DNA of 64,000 bases, from positions 62,001-126,000 of the forward strand of contig CAXKVF010000091.1 in the NCBI GenBank assembly GCA_964057225.1, written 5' to 3'. A program made the translations under genes and the position numbers. This DNA is from Auanema rhodensis. Taxonomy: Eukaryota > Animalia > Nematoda. The notes under the pieces were generated by a model. The model was not told the DNA's origin. It was given only the letters and a program-made list of their open reading frames with translations, and ran no database searches. This document shows positions 13,903 to 29,000 of this stretch, piece after piece (within the stretch, counting starts at the first letter, position 1; every line of letters starts with the position of its first letter).

Positions 13903-16900
13903 CATGGTAACCATGACTTTGAAATTTACGTGAACTTTAATTTATGCTAATTAAATGTACACGTGATGTGCACTTGGTATGTAACTCGCTTCACGTGAAA
14001 GATAAAGAGATGCGGTTTTCAAAATTAGATTCCCCATGTCCATATTAGTCTAAAAACAAATTTTTATTGATATTGGTGCATGGTAACCATGACTTTGAAA
14101 TTTACGTGAACTTTAATTTATGCTAATTAAATGTACACGTGATGTGCACTTGGTATGTAACTCGCTTCACGTGAAAGATAAAGAGATGCGGTTTTCAAAA
14201 TTAGATTCCCCATGTCCATATTAGTCTAAAAACAAATTTTTATTGATATTGGTGCATGGTAACCATGACTTTGAATTTTACGTGAACTTTAATTTATGCT
14301 AATTAAATGTACACGTGATGTGCACTTGGTATGTAACTCGCTTCACGTGAAAGATAAAGAGATGCGGTTTTCAAAATTAGATTCCCCATGTCCATATTAG
14401 TCTAAAAACAAATTTTTATTGATATTGGTTCATGGTAACCATGACTTTGAAATTTACGTGAACTTTAGTTTATGCTAATTAAATGTACACGTGATGTGCA
14501 CTTGGTATGTAACTCGCTTCACGTGAAAGATAAAGAGATGCGGTTTTCAAAATTAGATTCCCCATGTCCATATTAGTCTAAAAACAAATTTTTATTGATA
14601 TTGGTGCATGGTAACCATGACTTTGAAATTTACGTGAACTTTAATTTATGCTAATTAAATGTACACGTGATGTGCACTTGGTATGTAACTCGCTTCACGT
14701 GAAAGATAAAGAGATGCGGTTTTCAAAATTAGATTTCCCATGTCCATATTAGTCCAAAAACAAATTTTTATTGATATTGGTTCATGGTAACCATGACTTT
14801 GAAATTTACGTGAACTTTAATTTATGCTAATTAAATGTACACGTGATGTGCACTTGGTATGTAACTCGCTTCACGTGAAAGATAAAGAGATGCGGTTTTC
14901 AAAATTAGATTCCCCATGTCCATATTAGTCTAAAAACAAATTTTTATCGATATTGGTGCATGGTAACCATGACTTTGAAATTTACGTGAACTTTAATTTA
15001 TGCTAATTAAATGTACACGTGATGTGCACTTGGTATGTAACTCGCTTCACGTGAAAGATAAAGAGATGCGGTTTTCAAAATTAGATTCCCCATGTCCATA
15101 TTAGTCTAAAAACAAATTTTTATTGATATTGGTGCATGGTAACCATGACTTTGAAATTTACATGAACTTTAATTTATGCTAATTAAATGTACACGTGATG
15201 TGCACTTGGTATGTAACTCGCTTCACATGAAAGATAAAGAGATGCGGTTTTCAAAATTAGATTCCCCTTGTCCATATTAGTCTAAAAACAAATTTTTATT
15301 GATATTGGTGCATGGTAACCATGACTTTGAATTTTACGTGAACTTTAATTTATGCTAATTAAATGTACACGTGATGTGCACTTGTAATGTAACTCGCTTC
15401 ACGTGAAAGATAAAGAGATGCGGTTTTCAAAATTAGATTCCCCATGTCCATATTAGTCTAAAAACAAATTTTTATTGATATTGGTGCATGGTAACCATGA
15501 CTTTGAAATTTACATGAACTTTAATTTATGCTAATTAAATGTACACGTGATGTGCACTTGGTATGTAACTCGCTTCACATGAAAGATAAAGAGATGCGGT
15601 TTTCAAAATTAGATTCCCCTTGTCCATATTAGTCTAAAAACAAATTTTTATTGATATTGGTGCATGGTAACCATGACTTTGAATTTTACGTGAACTTTAA
15701 TTTATGCTAATTAAATGTACACGTGATGTGCACTTGTAATGTAACTCGCTTCACGTGAAAGATAAAGAGATGCGGTTTTCAAAATTAGATTCCCCATGTC
15801 CATATTAGTCTAAAAACAAATTTTTATTGATATTGGTTCATGGTAACCATGACTTTGAAATTTACGTGAACTTTAATTTATGCTAATTAAATGTACACGT
15901 GATGTGCACTTGGTATGTAACTCGCTTCACATGAAAGATAAAGAGATGCGGTTTTCAAAATTAGATTCCCCTTGTCCATATTAGTCTAAAAACAAATTTT
16001 TATTGATATTGGTGCATGGTAACCATGACTTTGAAATTTACATGAACTTTAATTTATGCTAATTAAATGTACACGTGATGTGCACTTGGTATGTAACTCG
16101 CTTCACATGAAAGATAAAGAGATGCGGTTTTCAAAATTAGATTCCCCTTGTCCATATTAGTCTAAAAACAAATTTTTATTGATATTGGTGCATGGTAACC
16201 ATGACTTTGAATTTTACGTGAACTTTAATTTATGCTAATTAAATGTACACGTGATGTGCACTTGTAATGTAACTCGCTTCACGTGAGAGATAAAGAGATG
16301 CGGTTTTCAAAATTAGATTCCCCATGTCCATATTAGTCTAAAAACAAATTTTTATTGATATTGGTTCATGGTAACCATGACTTTGAAATTTACGTGAACT
16401 TTAATTTATGCTAATTAAATGTACACGTGATGTGCACTTGGTATGTAACTCGCTTCACGTGAAAGATAAAGAGATGCGGTTTTCAGAATTAGATTCCCCA
16501 TGTCCATATTAGTCTAAAAACAAATTTTTATCGATATTGGTGCATGGTAACCATGACTTTGAAATTTACGTGAACTTTAATTTATGCTAATTAAATGTAC
16601 ACGTGATGTGCACTTGGTATGTAACTCGCTTCACGTGAAAGATAAAGAGATGCGGTTTTCAAAATTAGATTCCCCTTGTCCATATTAGTCTAAAAACAAA
16701 TTTTTATTGATATTGGTGCATGGTAACCATGACTTTGAATTTTACGTGAACTTTAATTTATGCTAATTAAATGTACACGTGATGTGCACTTGGTATGTAA
16801 CTCGCTTCACATGAAAGATAAAGAGATGCGGTTTTCAAAATTAGATTCCCCATGTCCATATTAGTCTAAAAACAAATTTTTATTGATATTGGTTCATGGT

Positions 16901-19900
16901 AACCATGACTTTGAAATTTACGTGAACTTTAATTTATGCTAATTAAATGTACACGTGATGTGCACTTGGTATGTAACTCGCTTCACGTGAAAGATAAAGA
17001 GATGCGGTTTTCAAAATTAGATTCCCCATGTCCATATTAGTCTAAAAACAAATTTTTATTGATATTGGTGCATGGTAACCATGACTTTGAAATTTACGTG
17101 AACTTTAATTTATGCTAATTAAATGTACACGTGATGTGCACTTGGTATGTAACTCGCTTCACGTGAAAGATAAAGAGATGCGGTTTTCAAAATTAGATTC
17201 CCCATGTCCATATTAGTCTAAAAACAAATTTTTATTGATATTGGTGCATGGTAACCATGACTTTGAATTTTACGTGAACTTTAATTTATGCTAATTAAAT
17301 GTACACGTGATGTGCACTTGGTATGTAACTCGCTTCACGTGAAAGATAAAGAGATGCGGTTTTCAAAATTAGATTCCCCATGTCCATATTAGTCTAAAAA
17401 CAAATTTTTATTGATATTGGTTCATGGTAACCATGACTTTGAAATTTACGTGAACTTTAGTTTATGCTAATTAAATGTACACGTGATGTGCACTTGGTAT
17501 GTAACTCGCTTCACGTGAAAGATAAAGAGATGCGGTTTTCAAAATTAGATTCCCCATGTCCATATTAGTCTAAAAACAAATTTTTATTGATATTGGTGCA
17601 TGGTAACCATGACTTTGAAATTTACGTGAACTTTAATTTATGCTAATTAAATGTACACGTGATGTGCACTTGGTATGTAACTCGCTTCACGTGAAAGATA
17701 AAGAGATGCGGTTTTCAAAATTAGATTTCCCATGTCCATATTAGTCCAAAAACAAATTTTTATTGATATTGGTTCATGGTAACCATGACTTTGAAATTTA
17801 CGTGAACTTTAATTTATGCTAATTAAATGTACACGTGATGTGCACTTGGTATGTAACTCGCTTCACGTGAAAGATAAAGAGATGCGGTTTTCAAAATTAG
17901 ATTCCCCATGTCCATATTAGTCTAAAAACAAATTTTTATCGATATTGGTGCATGGTAACCATGACTTTGAAATTTACGTGAACTTTAATTTATGCTAATT
18001 AAATGTACACGTGATGTGCACTTGGTATGTAACTCGCTTCACGTGAAAGATAAAGAGATGCGGTTTTCAAAATTAGATTCCCCATGTCCATATTAGTCTA
18101 AAAACAAATTTTTATTGATATTGGTGCATGGTAACCATGACTTTGAAATTTACATGAACTTTAATTTATGCTAATTAAATGTACACGTGATGTGCACTTG
18201 GTATGTAACTCGCTTCACATGAAAGATAAAGAGATGCGGTTTTCAAAATTAGATTCCCCTTGTCCATATTAGTCTAAAAACAAATTTTTATTGATATTGG
18301 TGCATGGTAACCATGACTTTGAATTTTACGTGAACTTTAATTTATGCTAATTAAATGTACACGTGATGTGCACTTGTAATGTAACTCGCTTCACGTGAAA
18401 GATAAAGAGATGCGGTTTTCAAAATTAGATTCCCCATGTCCATATTAGTCTAAAAACAAATTTTTATTGATATTGGTGCATGGTAACCATGACTTTGAAA
18501 TTTACATGAACTTTAATTTATGCTAATTAAATGTACACGTGATGTGCACTTGGTATGTAACTCGCTTCACATGAAAGATAAAGAGATGCGGTTTTCAAAA
18601 TTAGATTCCCCTTGTCCATATTAGTCTAAAAACAAATTTTTATTGATATTGGTGCATGGTAACCATGACTTTGAATTTTACGTGAACTTTAATTTATGCT
18701 AATTAAATGTACACGTGATGTGCACTTGTAATGTAACTCGCTTCACGTGAAAGATAAAGAGATGCGGTTTTCAAAATTAGATTCCCCATGTCCATATTAG
18801 TCTAAAAACAAATTTTTATTGATATTGGTTCATGGTAACCATGACTTTGAAATTTACGTGAACTTTAATTTATGCTAATTAAATGTACACGTGATGTGCA
18901 CTTGGTATGTAACTCGCTTCACATGAAAGATAAAGAGATGCGGTTTTCAAAATTAGATTCCCCTTGTCCATATTAGTCTAAAAACAAATTTTTATTGATA
19001 TTGGTGCATGGTAACCATGACTTTGAAATTTACATGAACTTTAATTTATGCTAATTAAATGTACACGTGATGTGCACTTGGTATGTAACTCGCTTCACAT
19101 GAAAGATAAAGAGATGCGGTTTTCAAAATTAGATTCCCCTTGTCCATATTAGTCTAAAAACAAATTTTTATTGATATTGGTGCATGGTAACCATGACTTT
19201 GAATTTTACGTGAACTTTAATTTATGCTAATTAAATGTACACGTGATGTGCACTTGTAATGTAACTCGCTTCACGTGAGAGATAAAGAGATGCGGTTTTC
19301 AAAATTAGATTCCCCATGTCCATATTAGTCTAAAAACAAATTTTTATTGATATTGGTTCATGGTAACCATGACTTTGAAATTTACGTGAACTTTAATTTA
19401 TGCTAATTAAATGTACACGTGATGTGCACTTGGTATGTAACTCGCTTCACGTGAAAGATAAAGAGATGCGGTTTTCAGAATTAGATTCCCCATGTCCATA
19501 TTAGTCTAAAAACAAATTTTTATCGATATTGGTGCATGGTAACCATGACTTTGAAATTTACGTGAACTTTAATTTATGCTAATTAAATGTACACGTGATG
19601 TGCACTTGGTATGTAACTCGCTTCACGTGAAAGATAAAGAGATGCGGTTTTCAAAATTAGATTCCCCTTGTCCATATTAGTCTAAAAACAAATTTTTATT
19701 GATATTGGTGCATGGTAACCATGACTTTGAATTTTACGTGAACTTTAATTTATGCTAATTAAATGTACACGTGATGTGCACTTGGTATGTAACTCGCTTC
19801 ACATGAAAGATAAAGAGATGCGGTTTTCAAAATTAGATTCCCCATGTCCATATTAGTCTAAAAACAAATTTTTATTGATATTGGTTCATGGTAACCATGA

Positions 19901-19978
19901 CTTTGAAATTTACGTGAACTTTAATTTATGCTAATTAAATGTACACGTGATGTGCACTTGGTATGTAACTCGCTTCAC
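13903..19978. repeat. Tandem duplication of a 17-monomer (2992-bp) higher-order unit
   Basis: The rare variant A121G (tttcagaatt) lies at 16486 and 19478, exactly 2992 bp apart. A98G, T150C, T167C, G29A/G94A/A135T and GT76-77TA all repeat in the same order at that offset. Confidence 0.92.
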
Positions 19979-21644
19979 ATGAAAGATAAAGAGATGCGGT
20001 TTTCAAAATTAGATTCCCCTTGTCCATATTAGTCTAAAAACAAATTTTTATTGATATTGGTGCATGGTAACCATGACTTTGAAATTTACATGAACTTTAA
20101 TTTATGCTAATTAAATGTACACGTGATGTGCACTTGGTATGTAACTCGCTTCACATGAAAGATAAAGAGATGCGGTTTTCAAAATTAGATTCCCCTTGTC
20201 CATATTAGTCTAAAAACAAATTTTTATTGATATTGGTGCATGGTAACCATGACTTTGAATTTTACGTGAACTTTAATTTATGCTAATTAAATGTACACGT
20301 GATGTGCACTTGTAATGTAACTCGCTTCACGTGAAAGATAAAGAGATGCGGTTTTCAAAATTAGATTCCCCATGTCCATATTAGTCTAAAAACAAATTTT
20401 TATTGATATTGGTTCATGGTAACCATGACTTTGAAATTTACGTGAACTTTAATTTATGCTAATTAAATGTACACGTGATGTGCACTTGGTATGTAACTCG
20501 CTTCACATGAAAGATAAAGAGATGCGGTTTTCAAAATTAGATTCCCCTTGTCCATATTAGTCTAAAAACAAATTTTTATTGATATTGGTGCATGGTAACC
20601 ATGACTTTGAAATTTACATGAACTTTAATTTATGCTAATTAAATGTACACGTGATGTGCACTTGGTATGTAACTCGCTTCACATGAAAGATAAAGAGATG
20701 CGGTTTTCAAAATTAGATTCCCCTTGTCCATATTAGTCTAAAAACAAATTTTTATTGATATTGGTGCATGGTAACCATGACTTTGAATTTTACGTGAACT
20801 TTAATTTATGCTAATTAAATGTACACGTGATGTGCACTTGTAATGTAACTCGCTTCACGTGAAAGATAAAGAGATGCGGTTTTCAAAATTAGATTCCCCA
20901 TGTCCATATTAGTCTAAAAACAAATTTTTATTGATATTGGTGCATGGTAACCATGACTTTGAAATTTACATGAACTTTAATTTATGCTAATTAAATGTAC
21001 ACGTGATGTGCACTTGGTATGTAACTCGCTTCACATGAAAGATAAAGAGATGCGGTTTTCAAAATTAGATTCCCCTTGTCCATATTAGTCTAAAAACAAA
21101 TTTTTATTGATATTGGTGCATGGTAACCATGACTTTGAATTTTACGTGAACTTTAATTTATGCTAATTAAATGTACACGTGATGTGCACTTGTAATGTAA
21201 CTCGCTTCACGTGAAAGATAAAGAGATGCGGTTTTCAAAATTAGATTCCCCATGTCCATATTAGTCTAAAAACAAATTTTTATTGATATTGGTTCATGGT
21301 AACCATGACTTTGAAATTTACGTGAACTTTAATTTATGCTAATTAAATGTACACGTGATGTGCACTTGGTATGTAACTCGCTTCACATGAAAGATAAAGA
21401 GATGCGGTTTTCAAAATTAGATTCCCCTTGTCCATATTAGTCTAAAAACAAATTTTTATTGATATTGGTGCATGGTAACCATGACTTTGAATTTTACGTG
21501 AACTTTAATTTATGCTAATTAATGTACACGTGATGTGCACTTGTAATGTAACTCGCTTCACGTGAAAGATAAAGAGATGCGGTTTTCAAAATTAGATTTC
21601 CCATGTCCATATTAGTCTAAAAACAAATTTTTATTGATATTGGT
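19886..21644. repeat. Short-period dimer/trimer higher-order repeat built from monomer types X, Y and Z
   Basis: X = G29A+G94A+A135T, Y = A23T+GT76-77TA, Z = G1T+G94A+A135T. The order here is Z X Y Z X Y X Y Z Y. The same types occur at 15134-16365, 18126-19357 and 31853-32907. Confidence 0.85.
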
Positions 21645-23052
21645 TCATGGTAACCATGACTTTGAAATTTACGTGAACTTTAATTTATGCTAATTAAATG
21701 TACACGTGATGTGCACTTGGTATGTAACTCGCTTCACGTGAAAGATAAAGAGATGCGGTTTTCAAAATTAGATTCCCCATGTCCATATTAGTCTGAAAAC
21801 AAATTTTTATTGATATTGGTGCATGGTAACCATGACTTTGAAATTTACGTGAACTTTAATTTATGCTAATTAAATGTACACGTGATGTGCACTTGGTATG
21901 TAACTCGCTTCACATGAAAGATAAAGAGATATGGTTTTCAAAATTAGATTCCCCTTGTCCATATTAGTCTAAAAACAAATTTTTATTGATATTGGTGCAT
22001 GGTAACCATGACTTTGAAATTTACGTGAACTTTAATTTATGCTAATTAAATGTACACGTGATGTGCACTTGGTATGTAACTCGCTTCACGTGAAAGATAA
22101 AGAGATGCGGTTTTCAAAATTAGATTTCCCATGTCCATATTAGTCTAAAAACAAATTTTTATTGATATTGGTTCATGGTAACCATGACTTTGAAATTTAC
22201 GTGAACTTTAATTTATGCTAATTAAATGTACACGTGATGTGCACTTGGTATGTAACTCGCTTCACGTGAAAGATAAAGAGATGCGGTTTTCAAAATTAGA
22301 TTCCCCATGTCCATATTAGTCTAAAAACAAATTTTTATTGATATTGGTGCATGGTAACCATGACTTTGAAATTTACGTGAACTTTAATTTATGCTAATTA
22401 AATGTACACGTGATGTGCACTTGGTATGTAACTCGCTTCACGTGAAAGATAAAGAGATGCGGTTTTCAAAATTAGATTCCCCATGTCCATATTAGTCTAA
22501 AAACAAATTTTTATTGATATTGGTGCATGGTAACCATGACTTTGAAATTTACGTGAACTTTAATTTATGCTAATTAAATGTACACGTGATGTGCACTTGG
22601 TATGTAACTCGCTTCACGTGAAAGATAAAGAGATGCGGTTTTCAAAATTAGATTCCCCATGTCCATATTAGTCTAAAAACAAATTTTTATTGATATTGCT
22701 TCATGGTAACCATGACTTTGAAATTTACGTGAACTTTAATTTATGCTAATTAAATGTACACGTGATGTGCACTTGGTATGTAACTCGCTTCACGTGAAAG
22801 ATAAAGAGATGCGGTTTTCAAAATTAGATTCCCCATGTCCATATTAGTCTAAAAACAAATTTTTATTGATATTGGTTCATGGTAACCATGACTTTGAAAT
22901 TTACGTGAACTTTAGTTTATGCTAATTAAATGTACACGTGATGTGCACTTGGTATGTAACTCGCTTCACGTGAAAGATAAAGAGATGCGGTTTTCAAAAT
23001 TAGATTCCCCATGTCCATATTAGTCTAAAAACAAATTTTTATTGATATTGGT

Positions 23053-26000
23053 GCATGGTAACCATGACTTTGAAATTTACGTGAACTTTAATTTATGCTA
23101 ATTAAATGTACACGTGATGTGCACTTGGTATGTAACTCGCTTCACGTGAAAGATAAAGAGATGCGGTTTTCAAAATTAGATTCTTCATGTCCATATTAGT
23201 CTAAAAACAAATTTTTATTGATATTGGTGCATGGTAACCATGACTTTGAATTTTACGTGAACTTTAATTTATGCTAATTAAATGTACACGTGATGTGCAC
23301 TTGGTATGTAACTCGCTTCACGTGAAAGATAAAGAGATGCGGTTTTCAAAATTAGATTCCCCATGTCCATATTAGTCTAAAAACAAATTTTTATTGATAT
23401 TGGTTCATGGTAACCATGACTTTGAAATTTACGTGAACTTTAGTTTATGCTAAATAAATATACACGTGATGTGCACTTGGTATGTAACTCGCTTCACGTG
23501 AAAGATAAAGAGATGCGGTTTTCAAAATTTGATTCCCCATGTCCATATTAGTCTAAAAACAAATTTTTATTGATATTGGTGCATGGTAACCATGACTTTG
23601 AAATTTACGTGAACTTTAATTTATGCTAATTAAATGTACACGTGATGTGCACTTGGTATGTAACTCGCTTCACGTGAAAGATAAAGAGATGCGGTTTTCA
23701 AAATTAGATTCCCCATGTCCATATTAGTCTAAAAACAAATTTTTATTGATATTGGTGCATGGTAACCATGACTTTGAAATTTACGTGAACTTTAATTTAT
23801 GCTAATTAAATGTACACGTGATGTGCACTTGGTATGTAACTCGCTTCACGTGAAAGATAAAGAGATGCGGTTTTCAAAATTAGATTCCCCATGTCCATAT
23901 TAGTCTGAAAACAAATTTTTATTGATATTGGTGCATGGTAACCATGACTTTGAAATTTACGTGAACTTTAATTTATGCTAATTAAATGTACACGTGATGT
24001 GCACTTGGTATGTAACTCGCTTCACATGAAAGATAAAGAGATGCGGTTTTCAAAATTAGATTTCCCATGTCCATATTAGTCTAAAAACAAATTTTTATTG
24101 ATATTGGTTCATGGTAACCATGACTTTGAAATTTACGTGAACTTTAATTTATGCTAATTAAATGTACACGTGATGTGCACTTGGTATGTAACTCGCTTCA
24201 CGTGAAAGATAAAGAGATGCGGTTTTCAAAATTAGATTCCCCATGTCCATATTAGTCTAAAAACAAATTTTTATTGATATTGGTGCATGGTAACCATGAC
24301 TTTGAAATTTACGTGAACTTTAATTTATGCTAATTAAATGTACACGTGATGTGCACTTGGTATGTAACTCGCTTCACGTGAAAGATAAAGAGATGCGGTT
24401 TTCAAAATTAGATTCCCCATGTCCATATTAGTCTAAAAACAAATTTTTATTGATATTGGTGCATGGTAACCATGACTTTGAAATTTACGTGAACTTTAAT
24501 TTATGCTAATTAAATGTACACGTGATGTGCACTTGGTATGTAACTCGCTTCACGTGAAAGATAAAGAGATGCGGTTTTCAAAATTAGATTCCCCATGTCC
24601 ATATTAGTCTAAAAACAAATTTTTATTGATATTGCTTCATGGTAACCATGACTTTGAAATTTACGTGAACTTTAATTTATGCTAATTAAATGTACACGTG
24701 ATGTGCACTTGGTATGTAACTCGCTTCACGTGAAAGATAAAGAGATGCGGTTTTCAAAATTAGATTCCCCATGTCCATATTAGTCTAAAAACAAATTTTT
24801 ATTGATATTGGTTCATGGTAACCATGACTTTGAAATTTACGTGAACTTTAGTTTATGCTAATTAAATGTACACGTGATGTGCACTTGGTATGTAACTCGC
24901 TTCACGTGAAAGATAAAGAGATGCGGTTTTCAAAATTAGATTCCCCATGTCCATATTAGTCTAAAAACAAATTTTTATTGATATTGGTGCATGGTAACCA
25001 TGACTTTGAAATTTACGTGAACTTTAATTTATGCTAATTAAATGTACACGTGATGTGCACTTGGTATGTAACTCGCTTCACGTGAAAGATAAAGAGATGC
25101 GGTTTTCAAAATTAGATTCCCCATGTCCATATTAGTCTAAAAACAAATTTTTATTGATATTGGTGCATGGTAACCATGACTTTGAATTTTACGTGAACTT
25201 TAATTTATGCTAATTAAATGTACACGTGATGTGCACTTGGTATGTAACTCGCTTCACGTGAAAGATAAAGAGATGCGGTTTTCAAAATTAGATTCCCCAT
25301 GTCCATATTAGTCTAAAAACAAATTTTTATTGATATTGGTTCATGGTAACCATGACTTTGAAATTTACGTGAACTTTAATTTATGCTAATTAAATGTACA
25401 CGTGATGTGCACTTGGTATGTAACTCGCTTCACGTGAAAGATAAAGAGATGCGGTTTTCAAAATTAGATTCTTCATGTCCATATTAGTCTAAAAACAAAT
25501 TTTTATTGATATTGGTGCATGGTAACCATGACTTTGAATTTTACGTGAACTTTAATTTATGCTAATTAAATGTACACGTGATGTGCACTTGGTATGTAAC
25601 TCGCTTCACGTGAAAGATAAAGAGATGCGGTTTTCAAAATTAGATTCCCCATGTCCATATTAGTCTAAAAACAAATTTTTATTGATATTGGTTCATGGTA
25701 ACCATGACTTTGAAATTTACGTGAACTTTAGTTTATGCTAAATAAATGTACACGTGATGTGCACTTGGTATGTAACTCGCTTCACGTGAAAGATAAAGAG
25801 ATGCGGTTTTCAAAATTTGATTCCCCATGTCCATATTAGTCTAAAAACAAATTTTTATTGATATTGGTGCATGGTAACCATGACTTTGAAATTTACGTGA
25901 ACTTTAATTTATGCTAATTAAATGTACACGTGATGTGCACTTGGTATGTAACTCGCTTCACGTGAAAGATAAAGAGATGCGGTTTTCAAAATTAGATTCC

Positions 26001-29000
26001 CCATGTCCATATTAGTCTAAAAACAAATTTTTATTGATATTGGTGCATGGTAACCATGACTTTGAAATTTACGTGAACTTTAATTTATGCTAATTAAATG
26101 TACACGTGATGTGCACTTGGTATGTAACTCGCTTCACGTGAAAGATAAAGAGATGCGGTTTTCAAAATTAGATTCCCCATGTCCATATTAGTCTGAAAAC
26201 AAATTTTTATTGATATTGGTGCATGGTAACCATGACTTTGAAATTTACGTGAACTTTAATTTATGCTAATTAAATGTACACGTGATGTGCACTTGGTATG
26301 TAACTCGCTTCACATGAAAGATAAAGAGATGCGGTTTTCAAAATTAGATTTCCCATGTCCATATTAGTCTAAAAACAAATTTTTATTGATATTGGTTCAT
26401 GGTAACCATGACTTTGAAATTTACGTGAACTTTAATTTATGCTAATTAAATGTACACGTGATGTGCACTTGGTATGTAACTCGCTTCACGTGAAAGATAA
26501 AGAGATGCGGTTTTCAAAATTAGATTCCCCATGTCCATATTAGTCTAAAAACAAATTTTTATTGATATTGGTGCATGGTAACCATGACTTTGAAATTTAC
26601 GTGAACTTTAATTTATGCTAATTAAATGTACACGTGATGTGCACTTGGTATGTAACTCGCTTCACGTGAAAGATAAAGAGATGCGGTTTTCAAAATTAGA
26701 TTCCCCATGTCCATATTAGTCTAAAAACAAATTTTTATTGATATTGGTGCATGGTAACCATGACTTTGAAATTTACGTGAACTTTAATTTATGCTAATTA
26801 AATGTACACGTGATGTGCACTTGGTATGTAACTCGCTTCACGTGAAAGATAAAGAGATGCGGTTTTCAAAATTAGATTCCCCATGTCCATATTAGTCTAA
26901 AAACAAATTTTTATTGATATTGCTTCATGGTAACCATGACTTTGAAATTTACGTGAACTTTAATTTATGCTAATTAAATGTACACGTGATGTGCACTTGG
27001 TATGTAACTCGCTTCACGTGAAAGATAAAGAGATGCGGTTTTCAAAATTAGATTCCCCATGTCCATATTAGTCTAAAAACAAATTTTTATTGATATTGGT
27101 TCATGGTAACCATGACTTTGAAATTTACGTGAACTTTAGTTTATGCTAAATAAATGTACACGTGATGTGCACTTGGTATGTAACTCGCTTCACGTGAAAG
27201 ATAAAGAGATGCGGTTTTCAAAATTTGATTCCCCATGTCCATATTAGTCTAAAAACAAATTTTTATTGATATTGGTGCATGGTAACCATGACTTTGAAAT
27301 TTACGTGAACTTTAATTTATGCTAATTAAATGTACACGTGATGTGCACTTGGTATGTAACTCGCTTCACGTGAAAGATAAAGAGATGCGGTTTTCAAAAT
27401 TAGATTCCCCATGTCCATATTAGTCTAAAAACAAATTTTTATTGATATTGGTGCATGGTAACCATGACTTTGAAATTTACGTGAACTTTAATTTATGCTA
27501 ATTAAATGTACACGTGATGTGCACTTGGTATGTAACTCGCTTCACGTGAAAGATAAAGAGATGCGGTTTTCAAAATTAGATTCCCCATGTCCATATTAGT
27601 CTGAAAACAAATTTTTATTGATATTGGTGCATGGTAACCATGACTTTGAAATTTACGTGAACTTTAATTTATGCTAATTAAATGTACACGTGATGTGCAC
27701 TTGGTATGTAACTCGCTTCACATGAAAGATAAAGAGATGCGGTTTTCAAAATTAGATTTCCCATGTCCATATTAGTCTAAAAACAAATTTTTATTGATAT
27801 TGGTTCATGGTAACCATGACTTTGAAATTTACGTGAACTTTAATTTATGCTAATTAAATGTACACGTGATGTGCACTTGGTATGTAACTCGCTTCACGTG
27901 AAAGATAAAGAGATGCGGTTTTCAAAATTAGATTCCCCATGTCCATATTAGTCTAAAAACAAATTTTTATTGATATTGGTGCATGGTAACCATGACTTTG
28001 AAATTTACGTGAACTTTAATTTATGCTAATTAAATGTACACGTGATGTGCACTTGGTATGTAACTCGCTTCACGTGAAAGATAAAGAGATGCGGTTTTCA
28101 AAATTAGATTCCCCATGTCCATATTAGTCTAAAAACAAATTTTTATTGATATTGGTGCATGGTAACCATGACTTTGAAATTTACGTGAACTTTAATTTAT
28201 GCTAATTAAATGTACACGTGATGTGCACTTGGTATGTAACTCGCTTCACGTGAAAGATAAAGAGATGCGGTTTTCAAAATTAGATTCCCCATGTCCATAT
28301 TAGTCTAAAAACAAATTTTTATTGATATTGCTTCATGGTAACCATGACTTTGAAATTTACGTGAACTTTAATTTATGCTAATTAAATGTACACGTGATGT
28401 GCACTTGGTATGTAACTCGCTTCACGTGAAAGATAAAGAGATGCGGTTTTCAAAATTAGATTCCCCATGTCCATATTAGTCTAAAAACAAATTTTTATTG
28501 ATATTGGTTCATGGTAACCATGACTTTGAAATTTACGTGAACTTTAGTTTATGCTAATTAAATGTACACGTGATGTGCACTTGGTATGTAACTCGCTTCA
28601 CGTGAAAGATAAAGAGATGCGGTTTTCAAAATTAGATTCCCCATGTCCATATTAGTCTAAAAACAAATTTTTATTGATATTGGTGCATGGTAACCATGAC
28701 TTTGAAATTTACGTGAACTTTAATTTATGCTAATTAAATGTACACGTGATGTGCACTTGGTATGTAACTCGCTTCACGTGAAAGATAAAGAGATGCGGTT
28801 TTCAAAATTAGATTCCCCATGTCCATATTAGTCTAAAAACAAATTTTTATTGATATTGGTGCATGGTAACCATGACTTTGAATTTTACGTGAACTTTAAT
28901 TTATGCTAATTAAATGTACACGTGATGTGCACTTGGTATGTAACTCGCTTCACGTGAAAGATAAAGAGATGCGGTTTTCAAAATTAGATTCCCCATGTCC

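Noticed and set aside
23183-23190. CC-to-TT at monomer positions 132-133 as a UV-damage signature
   Set aside because: The single changes C132T and C133T both exist elsewhere in the array, so stepwise mutation or recombination explains it. All copies probably descend from one event.
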